A stretch of DNA of 63,913 nt, counting the filler, from Piptocephalis cylindrospora (Eukaryota): the NCBI GenBank assembly GCA_003614145.1. It is 15 parts of 15 records of this genome, joined end to end, with 100 filler letters (N's around TTAATTAATTAA, not from the genome) between each part and the next. Parts side by side here need not be neighbours in the genome. Positions count along the whole stretch, not along the records: positions 25,877 to 30,062 come from KZ988559.1; positions 30,163 to 34,343 come from KZ988560.1; positions 34,444 to 38,623 come from KZ988561.1; 12 more parts are not named here. One strand, 5' to 3'. The notes under the pieces were generated by a model. It saw only the letters and a program-made list of their open reading frames with translations. It was not told where the DNA came from and did no database searches. Below, one piece after another: positions 26,004 to 37,439 of this stretch. How positions within the stretch are numbered: position 1 is the stretch's first letter; every line of letters starts with the position of its first letter. The translations under genes and the position numbers were made by a program.

Positions 26004-28042
26004 ATGGTAAGATACTTGAGTGCCGACACGGCCAACCCTTCTATTTTTCCTCAAAGGCTTTCAAGTGGTATCCCCAACCACATTGTTGAAGTCATCCCTC
26101 CCCCTTTGTCCTCAAGTATTCAAGCCTCTCTTCCTTATCGAGAGGGAACGACACATTCACGAAGGAAACTTCACAAACTTCTCGCAAATGATGTCACTCT
26201 TTCTGCATCGTAAGTGCTTTATTCAAGGGCATGCTGATGCGTTATTATGAAGAGATGAAAGGAAACCTAACCAAGGTCTAATTCAAAATATTCAGCATCC
26301 CCACTTTAACTAATGAGAGTGATGGAACTTCTGCGGACGTGGTCCTATCTGATGATTCCAATGAGACACTCGATGATTTTCTGTCGCGCTTTAGCTTTCG
26401 AAATGAAGAAGTGCTTCCAACAGCGTGTAATGATCTTCATCATGTACTCTATGGGACCCAGGAAGGTGATAAAGGGTCACCTCGTCGCCTCCTCTTTGAA
26501 ACCAAAGAGGCACCAAAGTCGCCAAGCGTAGAGGTTCGAGTGGACATCGACTCTGTCCTATGGACACTCGAACACTTACCCCTTACTGCGTATGCTACTG
26601 TTTATCCTGATCCCCCTCGGAATCTCCAAAGCCATGGTACCCATATATATGTACGCCGCCCTGGAGAAGATGCTCCTACATTGGTAGATCAGACACCTCA
26701 CTGCTACTTTGCCATGGTAGGAGGCGATGTTCACATCCACGCTGTATTCCCTTGCTTTTCCACCTCAGTGTCTAAATCTACCTTCAAAAACGGCTCTCTC
26801 ATACCGATCCAAATTCAATGTACATGGTATGAAAAGGTTATGTATCCAGCCTTTTCCCAATGTTTCTCCCACAACCGAATTTCCGATTTCTCACCTACCC
26901 TTCAAGATTTCAAAAATTTGCATCCAAAAGGGAACTTCGGCTACCGTCTCCAAGGAACAGAGGTGGAGCAAGCTGTAAAGGCCATGCGCAGGATTGTAGA
27001 AGGATCCAAAGACCTTCAACACATTTTTTCTGGATTCTTTTTTCTAGCTGCATGCAAAGGCGTAAAGGCCGCGACTAGCACTTCACTCGATGACCTCTTA
27101 GACCCGGCCAAATTCTCTCCATGGAGAGATGAAGTAGTTGGGGTATTTTGTAACCTCTTTGGAACATATGGGAAGGGGAGGATGCAGGTGGATATTGCCG
27201 CCAGATTCTCTCCTTCCAAGAGCACGGTTACAGAGCATGGTCCTCAGAGCCTGCTCTGGAGGAGCGATGTTACCAAGCGGATGCGGATGGGAACTAGGAA
27301 ATGCCCCACTCACTACGAATGGTGGCTCGCTTCTGATGTCGCAGGGTCTGTGGCCAGTATTGGCCAGGACAACGTTGTCGACTTCTCTTCAGGACCCCCG
27401 TCCATTTCCTATTTCCAGACTTATATGTTGGACAAGGGGTGCATTCCTGGTTTGTATGACCATGGGACGGGAAACCTCAAGCCTGATGAAATGTGCTGGA
27501 CAAACGAGAAGCTCCGGAAATCATGGTGGGGTATAGTAGAGGGCGTTAAGCGGAGCGGGGAACTTTCCTGGGGAGCTCGGAAGGAGCTGAGGATAGCTGG
27601 ACAGTACCTTTACGATACCGAGGACCCTCTCGGATTCCTAAAGGTCTGCCAGACGATACAAAGACATCCCATATCGTACTTTGTGTTTTTACCTTCTCTA
27701 CTTGCGGCTAGATACAAGGCGTGCAACCTATGGATTATCCGTGATGGAACACAGCGGGCATCTTTGGCCGCAAGCAGCAATGTTGGATCCGGAGAAGATC
27801 GATACATGTTCCAGAGAGTCCTTCTCGCACTCTACCGAGGGTTTCATCGGGGGATGCGGTTCACTGCCGAGAGAGCAATGGTCTTCGGCCCCCTCTCCTC
27901 GGTGAAGGCTACATCCTTTGGACTAGGCTACTCTATTTCAATCTATAATCGGCCCTACCTCACATTCTCTAGGGTGAACTGGAAGAATGCTCTCGCATCC
28001 CTCCAGGGATTTGTTTTCGGCCTTCTACCCAAGGATAGCTAA
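26004..28042 (+). CDS. Large orphan protein (>600 aa if spliced), possibly mobile-element encoded
   Basis: 567-codon open frame. A GT-AG intron at 26210-26295 joins the upstream ORF in frame. No family recognised with confidence. Confidence 0.65.
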
Positions 28043-29300
28043 TTACTATGCCCAGCTTGATCCAATCTAGGGGAGGAAGAGGAGAGCTTGCTTGCAGTGT
28101 ACATGGGTGGGTCATGCCTCTGTGCTTGGCGTCTGGAGCCTGGCACGCTGGAATACGCAAGATTATCAAGGGACAATGCCAGAATGCCCTTGTTGATGGC
28201 ATTTTTAGCAGGAAAAAAGAAGAGAGAGAAGGGACAATTTATTTAGACAGTAGACGGGCTATTCATCCCCGATAAGAGTACACAGAAATGAAAATGGCAC
28301 ACATAATAAAACTCGTGTGAACTCCACACAAGATGACTAGTAATCGAGTAGGCCCAGACCAAGCCCAAATGATCCTGGCCTTTTGCCCATTGTAGCACTC
28401 CAGCCCAGCGGGAGCTGAACATGTGTTCGGATCCACGCAATCGGTGTATAAAATGCTCTGACATCTTGGATATATTTGAGGACAGATCGGAGGGGAAGAT
28501 CATTTCGGGTATGGGCTATGGGTTGCCCATAAGGCACACCCATGAAGCAGTATCCTCTCCTGAGGGGAGTGTCCCTTTAGTCCCCGACATTGAAATAAAA
28601 CCAGCCAGGGAGTGGGCCCGGGTGAGCCTTCAAAAGCATCCATCATTCTTAACCGGAGGTTGTGGGCTGAGAGATAATGTAGGAAACAATGCAGGATACC
28701 CCTTTCTACACCAGGGTACCGGAGGCAAAAGGATAAATGGCTATTGATTGTTGTTGAATAATTTATTATCTTACGGAGAAAAACGTCCAAGGGACAGTCA
28801 GGGGGCGGAGGCAGGAGTCTTTGGTTATGAATAGTAGGGCGGGGATGGGTAGAAAGGCAGGTGGGGATGGTGGGAGTCGAATTCACAACCGCGTCGTTAA
28901 TGCAAATGGCTATTGATTCAGCGTATTCTCAACGCCACCCGTGAAAATCCGTTATAAAATTTACATAATAATAATAGACATAAAACCTTTGATGTAATGA
29001 TGGCGTCAGTACTGTAAGGATACTGCCAAATTTCCTCTCCCTCCCACCTCCTCTCTCCGAACTCCGCCCGCACAAAGGGAACCAGTAATATTTGAACACT
29101 TGGATCACGCCATCTCTCGGCAAATGCCAAGAGATTCAAGAAGGTTCTTACAGCGACCCTTCCCCCCCTCTCGTCTATAAAAGGAGACCTTGTTATTTCC
29201 TTTCTCTAGACTCAGAAATCGACATCAATCATTTTCATAAAGGACCATCGCCCCCTTTAAAAAAGCAACGAACAAAAATTTTGAATTACTATTAACGACT

Positions 29301-29594
29301 ATGAAGATTACCCTCGCCACCTTGGTTATGCTTGCAACGACGGCAACTGCAACGTTCGTGAGTATGACCAATTGTTATCACGGAGCAGGTGGATGTGACG
29401 GCAGTTACGACGGACCATGGGCACTTTCATGCGAACCGTCTTCTGCAGGGCCTGGATGGTTTAGATGTAACTGCGGTGGCAACCATGTGGTGGCTGGATT
29501 TTATAACTGTGCTGCTGCTAAACCTAAACCTAAAGCAAAAAAATCCAAGAAAAAGTCCTTTTTTGGTAGTGCCGCGCGAGCTGCAAGACGTTAA
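29301..29594 (+). CDS. Small secreted cysteine-rich protein with Lys/Arg-rich tail
   Basis: Signal peptide MKITLATLVMLATTATA, 6 Cys, tail KPKPKAKKSKKK...RAARR; TATAAAA at ~29177. Confidence 0.8.
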   Translation: MKITLATLVMLATTATATFVSMTNCYHGAGGCDGSYDGPWALSCEPSSAGPGWFRCNCGGNHVVAGFYNCAAAKPKPKAKKSKKKSFFGSAARAARR

Positions 29595-29920
29595 ACTACG
29601 CTAGTCCTTTTCTCTTTTCTAGCTAGGGAAAGAGTGGTCATGAATAACACTTTTAACCGACATTTCAATATCTTTTCTTTTTCTCCCCCCCTTGCTTTGT
29701 TACAATACACATCAGGAATCACATATGTAACAAGGCTATAAAACTGGGGGAAATATTTTGATGTGTATTCAAAAATGTGAGGGAGGGTGCAATGATGAAA
29801 ATCATTACAAAGTTTTCATGAAAATATGAAAAAATTACCACAGAGTTTTCATACTCCAACAAACCTTCTTTTCCCTCCCTTCCTTGGAACCCTCAGTGTA
29901 ATGATGTCATCATTACAGAG

Positions 29921-30052
29921 AAACTCCGAACACGAGGTCCCACCTTTTTAATCTATCGTGGAACTCCGAAAACGGGGTCCGCCCCTTAATTTATCGAGGA
30001 CGCGGGCCCCCGTCTTTAATCTATCGGGGACACGGGTCCTCGATAGATTAAA
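29921..30052. repeat. Iterated TTAAT(C/T)TATCG repeats ending in a 17-bp-arm hairpin
   Basis: Motif at 29948, 29986 and 30016, inverted at 30041. Hairpin TTTAATCTATCGGGGAC-ACGG-GTCCTCGATAGATTAAA spans 30015-30052. Confidence 0.85.
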
Positions 30053-30162
30053 TCAGTCTTTTNNNNNNNNNNNNNNNNNNNNNNNNNNNNNNNNNNNNNN
30101 NNNNNNTTAATTAATTAANNNNNNNNNNNNNNNNNNNNNNNNNNNNNNNNNNNNNNNNNNNN

Positions 30163-30210
<48 letters not shown>

Positions 30211-30735
30211 GGGGGGGAGAGCAAAGACACGCACATTACCACGACCGATGGAGGCTTTTTCCTTGAATCAGATAGCGGACAAGCTGGAAGCGTCAAGAGT
30301 GTGAGAGAGTGGTGTCCATCAGATAAGCAGAATATCATCTCACATACACACACACAGGATATTGGTGCATCCATGGCCCGATGTCATGGACCCCAGGCGA
30401 TGGAGGGGAGGGGTCATGGCGTCGGTAGGCTGGGGAAGGAGAGAGGGAGTGAGGGAGGGGTGAGTCATAGCCAGAGGGTACGAAGAGGAGGTTCGGGCAA
30501 TTATCGGGAAAAGCGACAGGTTAGGAGGTGAGAAAGACGCCGATGACAAGCGCACATCCACACATAGGGAGAGGGAGGGAAAGAGAAAGTCAAGTATAAA
30601 AACGAGACATGAACAGAAAGAGGAGAGGAGGATAGCACCAGGGGAAAGATGACAGCCTCCCCCCCCCTCCCTCCTTCTCCTCCCAACCTCCCCCCCCACA
30701 ATTCGCCTGAACGTTCCTCTCAAATACCGCTTGGT

Positions 30736-31718
30736 ATGCAAAAATTCTTCGGCACTGTAAAATCGCTAGTGGCTGGAGGGGAGCCAGAGGAGGACCCGTC
30801 GTCGGCAGTGCCCAACCAACATACACTGAGTAGTCTGGAGGCGTGCGGGGGATGTGCTGAGCCGTGCGAGGAATACCCAGCATTACCTAGCTACCTCAAG
30901 CTAGACAAGGAGTGTCCACTGCGTGGGTACATTAAGCCACTGGCCCACCTGGTGATTGTAGGGACGGAGGAGGCGAGTAAAGATTGGGTGTCTCATGTAG
31001 AGGATAGTGATCCTAGCACCCATACGGTGGCGGCGATCCATCAGGCCCTGAGGGAAGCGAGCGCCGGACCCAAGTCCCTGGTGCTACTGGGGGAGGGGGG
31101 GGGAGGGGAGGGTGGAGTTGTACCCCGAGTACCGTCAGCTCAATGGGGTGACCCCTTCCAATGCTGCCAGTTCCCTTGCTTGCCTAATGAATGGGGAGTC
31201 GGAGCCGAATGCAACAAGCCCCTCAGTCACAGTAGATGGTACAGATCAAAGTAGGATTGAGGAGATTCCGTCCAGAGCGGTGATCCTGGTATGTGGCCAT
31301 CGGAAGCGAGATAAGCGATGCGGAGTGGCAGGACCCTTGATTGCCCAAGCCTTTGTTGATGAGGTGAAGCGTCGTGGACTGGAGGACAAGGTGCAAGTCC
31401 GCTTGGTGAGCCATACGGGAGGACACAAGGTGGCAGGAAATGTTCTTGTGTATCCTGGTAAGTGGATAGGGAGGGGAGGGGAGGGGATTCATTGACTCAT
31501 TACCCTTCTTCCATGGATGATGATGATGATAATTAGCGGGAGTATGGTATGGTCGAGTGGTGCCGGGTCATGTTGGAGCCATTCTCAATGCAACGATTGA
31601 ACGACGTGTGATTGAGGATCTGTATCGAGGTAAACTACTATTGGATGTGGAGACGAGTGTTCTTGACCGAGCCATCCCTTCTGGATGCAAGGCGAGTGAT
31701 GCGAAGCTCAAATGGTGA
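30736..31718 (+). CDS. Thioredoxin-like [2Fe-2S] ferredoxin (sucrase/ferredoxin-like), Apd1-like
   Basis: CGHRKRDKRCG, SHTGGHKVAGN and WYGRV motifs. Intron begins at 31458. Apparent frameshift in the G-run at ~31090-31112. Confidence 0.85.
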
Positions 31719-32380
31719 GGGAAGAGAGAGAGAGAGAGGGGGGTGAGAATGATGGGATCGATGCCGGGTATTTATAGGAAACGGGACACACAGTCTAATA
31801 GATGTGCGAGGTCGTGTTTGTTGACACAATCGTCCAGCTCCTGTCCCTTGGGGATAGAGAGACGCGTGAAATGAGAGATGGACGCGTCGGATAGAGGCGA
31901 CGAACCAAGTCCTGTCCATGTCGACGCCTGTAACGATGACGATACTCGGTCCATGTCCATACCATTCTGTCCATGTCTGTCTGCCAACGCCGCTCTGTCT
32001 CTATGTCTTTATCCAGGTCATATTGGTAGGAAGAACAAGGTAAGATGCACCCTGGGGCCATCTCCACCGCTGTCAACACCACCACCCTCTATCCCCAAAG
32101 ATAAACATCCTTGTTGACACTGAACACACAGAGAGATCAGAGACAACACTCGCGCACAAAGGATAGTATTTCCTTGAGGAGGGGGAAGAGGGGCAGAGAT
32201 ATGGCTTTACAACAAAAGAAACATCCTCTCAACCTCTCCTACTCTCTCTGCCTCCTACTCTCGCTCCAAAGTCCCTTTTCCTCTGAGGGAAAAAGAGAGG
32301 ACAGCAACAGCAACAACAATCACATCGATGACGACAAGGGGAAGGGGGGGGGGATGAAATCCTGAGACAAGGAAAAGGGC

Positions 32381-32662
32381 TTAGATGCTACCGAGTTGCT
32401 CATAAGCCTTCTTCTCGGTCTCGTACCGCCGCTTGTCCTTGACGTTCATCTCCTCGTAGGGCTTCTTGTCGTCCGAGGTCATACCACGCCACCTCTCACC
32501 GAGGAGCTTTCCGATCTGACCAAAGGTAGCCTCGGGGTTCTCGGCACGGACGGTGTCACGCTGGGCGTTGGCGAAGAACATGTAGGCGGACATGGGACGC
32601 TTGGGGGCGTTGGGGTTCTTGCGGGCACGCTTGGTGCGGGTACCACTGGCGGCCTTGGGCAT
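32381..32662 (-). CDS. NHP6: HMG-box non-histone chromatin protein
   Basis: MPK...[42 protein letters not shown], 93 aa. Confidence 0.95.
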   Translation of the reverse strand: MPKAASGTRTKRARKNPNAPKRPMSAYMFFANAQRDTVRAENPEATFGQIGKLLGERWRGMTSDDKKPYEEMNVKDKRRYETEKKAYEQLGSI

Positions 32663-33355
32663 GTTGACTGTTGCAAGGGGGGAGAGGCGGGGGGGGGGGG
32701 GGGGGGGGGGGGGTTTCGGGGGGGGGGGGGGGGGAAGGGGGGGGGGGGGGGGAAAAAAAAGGAACCCCCTCCGGCCGGCAACCGGGTCCTTTCCTCCCTT
32801 GGGCGGAGAAATGGAGATGAAGCTGTGTGCACGCCATGCACGCACACATGGGAGTGTAAGGGTCAGCAAGAGCTGCTCTTCTCAGAGGAGAAGGAAGATG
32901 ATGGTGTAGGAAGGGGGGAGGAGAGGGAAAGGCACAGAAAGAGACAAGGGCAGAAGAAGGGAAGGGAAAAGGACGGGAAAACTCAAGTGTCCATACATGT
33001 CCTCATGGACTGCAGTCGGATCATCACTTACCAAAGGGATATAGGGTGGGGGGAGGGAGAAAGCTGTGGAGAGGCAAAAGCTGGCACAACAAAGTATGGA
33101 GGGGCAGCGAGAGAGAGAGAGGGAGGGAAAGTGTGAGGGAGGGGAGGGGGGAGAGACAAGCTGGTGGTGGTGGTGGTGGTGGTGGAAGTGAGGAGAGGGG
33201 AAGTGAGGAGGGGAGAGAGGGGGGAGTGGGGGGAATGGGGAGGGTACGCAGTGTGGACCTGCCTTAAAGTATGAGGCCAGGTTAGCTGGACAACGCAAAG
33301 CCTTGCTAGGGTAAGGGTGGGTCTTTCCCCTTCCTACTAGCCTTTCTCTCCCCTC

Positions 33356-34343
33356 ATGGTATACGTTCATTCCATGGCCCTGGCCCTCCTGGCCCTGACT
33401 GGTCAGTCCACTGCACTGAGTGGCGGCTCCCCCATTTGTGTGGCCGACGCTTCCTCCATGGCCGACGGTATGGGTGGTACCAGCTCCGATGCCCTCGGCT
33501 TCACCGTCACTGCAAGCTCCACTTCCTATTCCTCAGGCACACCCATCACTATCACTGTCGCTAGCTCCGCCGGAAAGGATATCAATGGCCTTCTCCTCTA
33601 CGTCGCTGACTCTGGCGACACCTCCAGGCTTGGCTCCTTTGCCATCGATTCTGATGATTACAAGGGCAATGCTGCAAATTGTGGAGATTACCAGATGCCT
33701 GGTGGCGACACCGCCGTCGTCACCCACGGTTCCGGTTCTAGCAAGGGCTCTACCGCCTCCTTCAAGTGGACCCCCTCCTCTTGTGAAGCCGCCACCGTTC
33801 GCGCCATCGTCGTCTCCGGTGACAAGACCTCCTGGCAGATCCCTGCTGATCTCGCCCTCACCTGCGACGGCTCGGATGGCGGCGATTCTAGCTCCGCCGA
33901 CACTGAGCCTACCCCCTCTGTTTCCTCCAGCTACGCCGTTGCCTCTTCCCCCGATGCCTATGGGAACGTGCCCGATGCCGGTGATGTCGATGATACCAAT
34001 GACTCTGGTGGCTACCCCGTGTCTGAGGAGGGAGATGATGGCAATGACAACGCTGGTGATGAAAAGGGTGATACCCCCTACACTCTCCCTGGCGAGGATG
34101 GTAATGCCGGGGAAAGTACTCCTTCTAGCACTGGTGGTGAGGAGGATGACACCGATACCGCTCCTTCTAGCTCTGGTGGTGTAGAGGGCGATGCCGATAA
34201 CACCACTCCTGATCAGAGTAATGGCGATACTGGCTACACTACTCCTGATCAGAGTGATGGTGATACTGGCTACACTACTCCTGACCAAGGTGATACTGGC
34301 TACACTACTCCTGATCAGGGTGGCGCCGATGATACTACTCCTG
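33356..34343 (+). CDS. Secreted Reeler-domain protein with acidic repeat stalk (3' truncated)
   Basis: Signal peptide, then INGLLLYV..RLGSF, VVTH and FKWTP typical of Reeler domains, then D/G/S/T-rich repeats. Confidence 0.75.
34199..34343 (+). repeat. Coding minisatellite encoding GDTGYTTPDQ-like units
   Basis: GATACTGGCTACACTACTCCTGA repeated at 30-36 bp spacing; the contig breaks inside the array. Confidence 0.85.
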
Positions 34344-35046
34344 NNNNNNNNNNNNNNNNNNNNNNNNNNNNNNNNNNNNNNNNNNNNTTAATTAATTAAN
34401 NNNNNNNNNNNNNNNNNNNNNNNNNNNNNNNNNNNNNNNNNNNGGATATAGAGATAATGAGGTTTACAGTATCACTATACTAGGGCCTGGTAAACATGAC
34501 CCAAAGTATAAAGCGATCATCGTCATGGAGAGACACCACTGTCAAGGTCACTTTCATTGGTCACACAGGGGGAGACGATGGAGTTGTGGAGGCACTAACG
34601 GGTGGCATGATGAAAGTGTAGACGGGGAAGATGTGACAACAATGAGATGTGTTCTTCAAAGCAGACACCCTTTTCCATGTCTCTCTCCTGGGCCAGCATA
34701 TTTACGACCCTTGCCGCCCTCGCCTGCCCATGCCACCATATTAATCATCCTCTCAAGCTATATTTGATGGAAAAAACAAAAGGAGTGAAGGAAGAATTGG
34801 ACCGGCGTTTATCTGCTCTGATCTCCCCCCTTTCCCCTCCTCCCACCTTCCCCCCTCATCCACCTTCCTCTTTCTTCCATCCCTCTTCCTCTACCTTCCT
34901 CCTTCATCGTCCGTCCGTTACCCTCCCTGATTTGCTCCGGTTCACATCAAATATTCTTTCCTTCACCCCATCCCGCTTTCTTCCATCCCCGGATTTTGTC
35001 CCTTGAGAGTTTCCGAGAAATCACCTCTATTTTCCCACGACCTCCT

Positions 35047-36288
35047 ATGAACTGTATTGATCAGCCCATCCCCCCACCATCCTCCCGATATCTCCCAGGA
35101 GCGGTGATCCGTGATTCCCCTCCTAACTCTCCCCCTTCCCCCCATGGTCGTGGATCGGCCATCCTTCCCTCCTATCTCCCCCACTCTTCCAGAGTGAATC
35201 ATCCACCGTTCGCGGACGAAGAGATCGCGTATGATTCCTCTTTTCCTGGAGCAAGCCTTCTTCATCGAGCGTCCCAGGCTGTTAGTATCACAACTTCTTC
35301 CCTCATGAGCCGGCACTCGTCACGTCTTACCCTCTCCGAATGCAAGGAAATTCTCGGGGACAATTCCCCTGCCCTGCCCCAGGATAGGGACTTTGTTTCT
35401 ACCCCGGAAAATTTCAAAGAGTTGCAGGACATAAAGCAACATCGCAGCGCCATTCTCTATCGCATTCGGCGATCATATTCCTCCTTTGACATGGAATTCG
35501 AAGACCCATCTCTCTTCAAGTCCAATCGTGGATGGGGAGGGATGGAAAAGGTCTGGACTGGGAAGGAGGGTGGTTCAATGCCCCAGTATGAGGAGGATAG
35601 GTACATTGCCCAACGGCTAGGACGCAAACCTCGAGAGTTTTGGCTCTATGTTGGTGGATTCCTATGTCCTCCTCTCTGGTGGATAGGATCTTTGGGTGTG
35701 GGCATGAACCGTTCCCATCACCATGAACTAATGCAAAGTCGACACATCACGGCTAAGGAATCCATGACCATCATCACCGCCGGAGAAACCGCTTTTACTA
35801 ATACCGTCCTCACCCCAGGCTCCGCCGAGGTAACTGGTAATCCAAGTAAATGGGTGAGGCGATGTCGTTGGGCTTCCTTGATCAGTGCTATACTCTTCCT
35901 CGTCGTCATGGTCCTTTTCATTGTTTCTCGGGGTATCAAGGACAGCGGGGTATCCGTTCCATCGAGGCATATGACCGCCGCAGGTGACATCCCTGCCAAT
36001 CGTCCGGCTCCTCCCCCTTCACCTCAACCCAATGGTCCCCTTCCTGCCGTTGGGTTTCCTTCCGCATCTCCCGGCCCTGCCTCTGAGCCTGCCCCTGGCC
36101 CCGCCTCTGCTCCTGGCCCCGCGTCTGCTCCTGGCCCCTCATCTGCCCCAGCCCCAGGAAAAGCTTCTCAGTCCCAGCCTAATTCTCCTCAGCTCCAGCC
36201 TAATTCTCCTCAGTCCCAGTCTAATCCTCCTCAGGTAGCAGTCCCTGGTAAGACTTCATCCGCCACCGTGTCCAGTCAAAAAGTATGA
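35047..36288 (+). CDS. Hypothetical membrane protein with Pro/Ala/Ser-rich repeat C-terminus
   Basis: WLYVGGFLCPPLWWIGS and WVRRCRWASLISAILFLVVMVLFIV hydrophobic segments; APGPAS and QPNSPQ repeats. Confidence 0.7.
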   Translation: MNCIDQPIPPPSSRYLPGAVIRDSPPNSPPSPHGRGSAILPSYLPHSSRVNHPPFADEEIAYDSSFPGASLLHRASQAVSITTSSLMSRHSSRLTLSECKEILGDNSPALPQDRDFVSTPENFKELQDIKQHRSAILYRIRRSYSSFDMEFEDPSLFKSNRGWGGMEKVWTGKEGGSMPQYEEDRYIAQRLGRKPREFWLYVGGFLCPPLWWIGSLGVGMNRSHHHELMQSRHITAKESMTIITAGETAFTNTVLTPGSAEVTGNPSKWVRRCRWASLISAILFLVVMVLFIVSRGIKDSGVSVPSRHMTAAGDIPANRPAPPPSPQPNGPLPAVGFPSASPGPASEPAPGPASAPGPASAPGPSSAPAPGKASQSQPNSPQLQPNSPQSQSNPPQVAVPGKTSSATVSSQKV

Positions 36289-37439
36289 TTGTCATGGCGA
36301 ATAGCTTGGATGATCAGTGTTATATTGGGAGATGGATGGACTTGTGTATTGGGTCTTCTGTGATCGGCCAGGGTGATAAGTGCTAGAATGAGTCAATAAA
36401 TGTCTCTACTGTAATGACATGTCATAAGTATTGCGTATGTAAATTCCGCAAGAGAGACAATAAGCACTCATCGAAATAGCATTAATTGGGGTGACCCATT
36501 CTGCCTCAGATGTACAAATTGATGATAAAACCAGATTCTATTACCCCGTGTGGGGCTGGTTAGAGGGCATCCGAACACATCGACTGTCTGTAATCGGGCC
36601 AACATGCGTGGTACTAGGGATAGAGTCCCCCAACACGTACCCTATGCTATGAATGATAAAATAAGCGCTCCCAGGTCGACAGATGTACGAATTCTATTGA
36701 TAATGATAAAATTATTTTATTTTCCCCAATGGGGTAGGCGGATGGGCATCCGAACACAGTGTCTGCTAAGATAACTGGCATGTATGTACGAATTCTACTT
36801 TAATAAAGCCCAGTACTACTTAGTAATCCCAAGGCGAGCGGGAAAAATCTGACACCAAGAAGATGTACTATTTTGAGTGCGGCTGTTTTTCTCTAATAGT
36901 AGTAATGCCATTCTCTTCTCTAACGATAAGTAGTAGTGGGTGGTCCAGGATATGTACGTGAGGATGATGGCGCAGATATACTGGCTGAGAAGGTGCACGA
37001 AGCAGATAGCCAAGGAGCGGAAAAGGTATATCAGGAGGGAATGGAAGAGGAGAGGAGAGAGAGTGGAGCCTGAGGGAACAGACGCCCCAGGAGGGGTTCA
37101 AGGAAGTGACGGGTACTAGGAAGTGACGGGTACTAGGGGAAGAGGATGGTATGCCCATCCAAATCCCCAGCGTCCCAGATCTGATCGAGAGACCCTCATG
37201 GTGGCGGACATTCCTCCAGGTAAGGATGGGTGTTGGATGTCTGTAGTATCCATGAATAATTACAGAGTAAGGTACATGTCGGGGATTTACTCCCTAGTAC
37301 CACACAGGCCGGCCGAATGAGACGGTTATGTACTGGGATACCCTCTAGCCAGCCCCATTAGAGAAAATAAAATGGTTTCAACAACAACAACAACCCATCA
37401 TAAACAATATGCGTTTTTTTTAAAACAAGAAAAAGAAGA

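Noticed and set aside
30163..30216. Long poly-G/C tracts (also ~8545, 8815-8878, 17095, 32688-32752, 51189) as G-quadruplexes or poly-Pro/Gly ORFs
   Set aside because: Mostly near contig edges or in purine/pyrimidine-rich UTRs; likely low-quality base calls of (GA)/(CT)-rich sequence.
31085..31115. Frameshift in the Apd1-like gene as programmed frameshifting or a pseudogene
   Set aside because: It lies in a noisy G homopolymer and both flanks are intact, so a sequencing error is most likely.
34199..34343. 30-36 bp periodic repeats as a CRISPR-like array
   Set aside because: They are in-frame coding repeats without unique spacers, in a eukaryotic gene.
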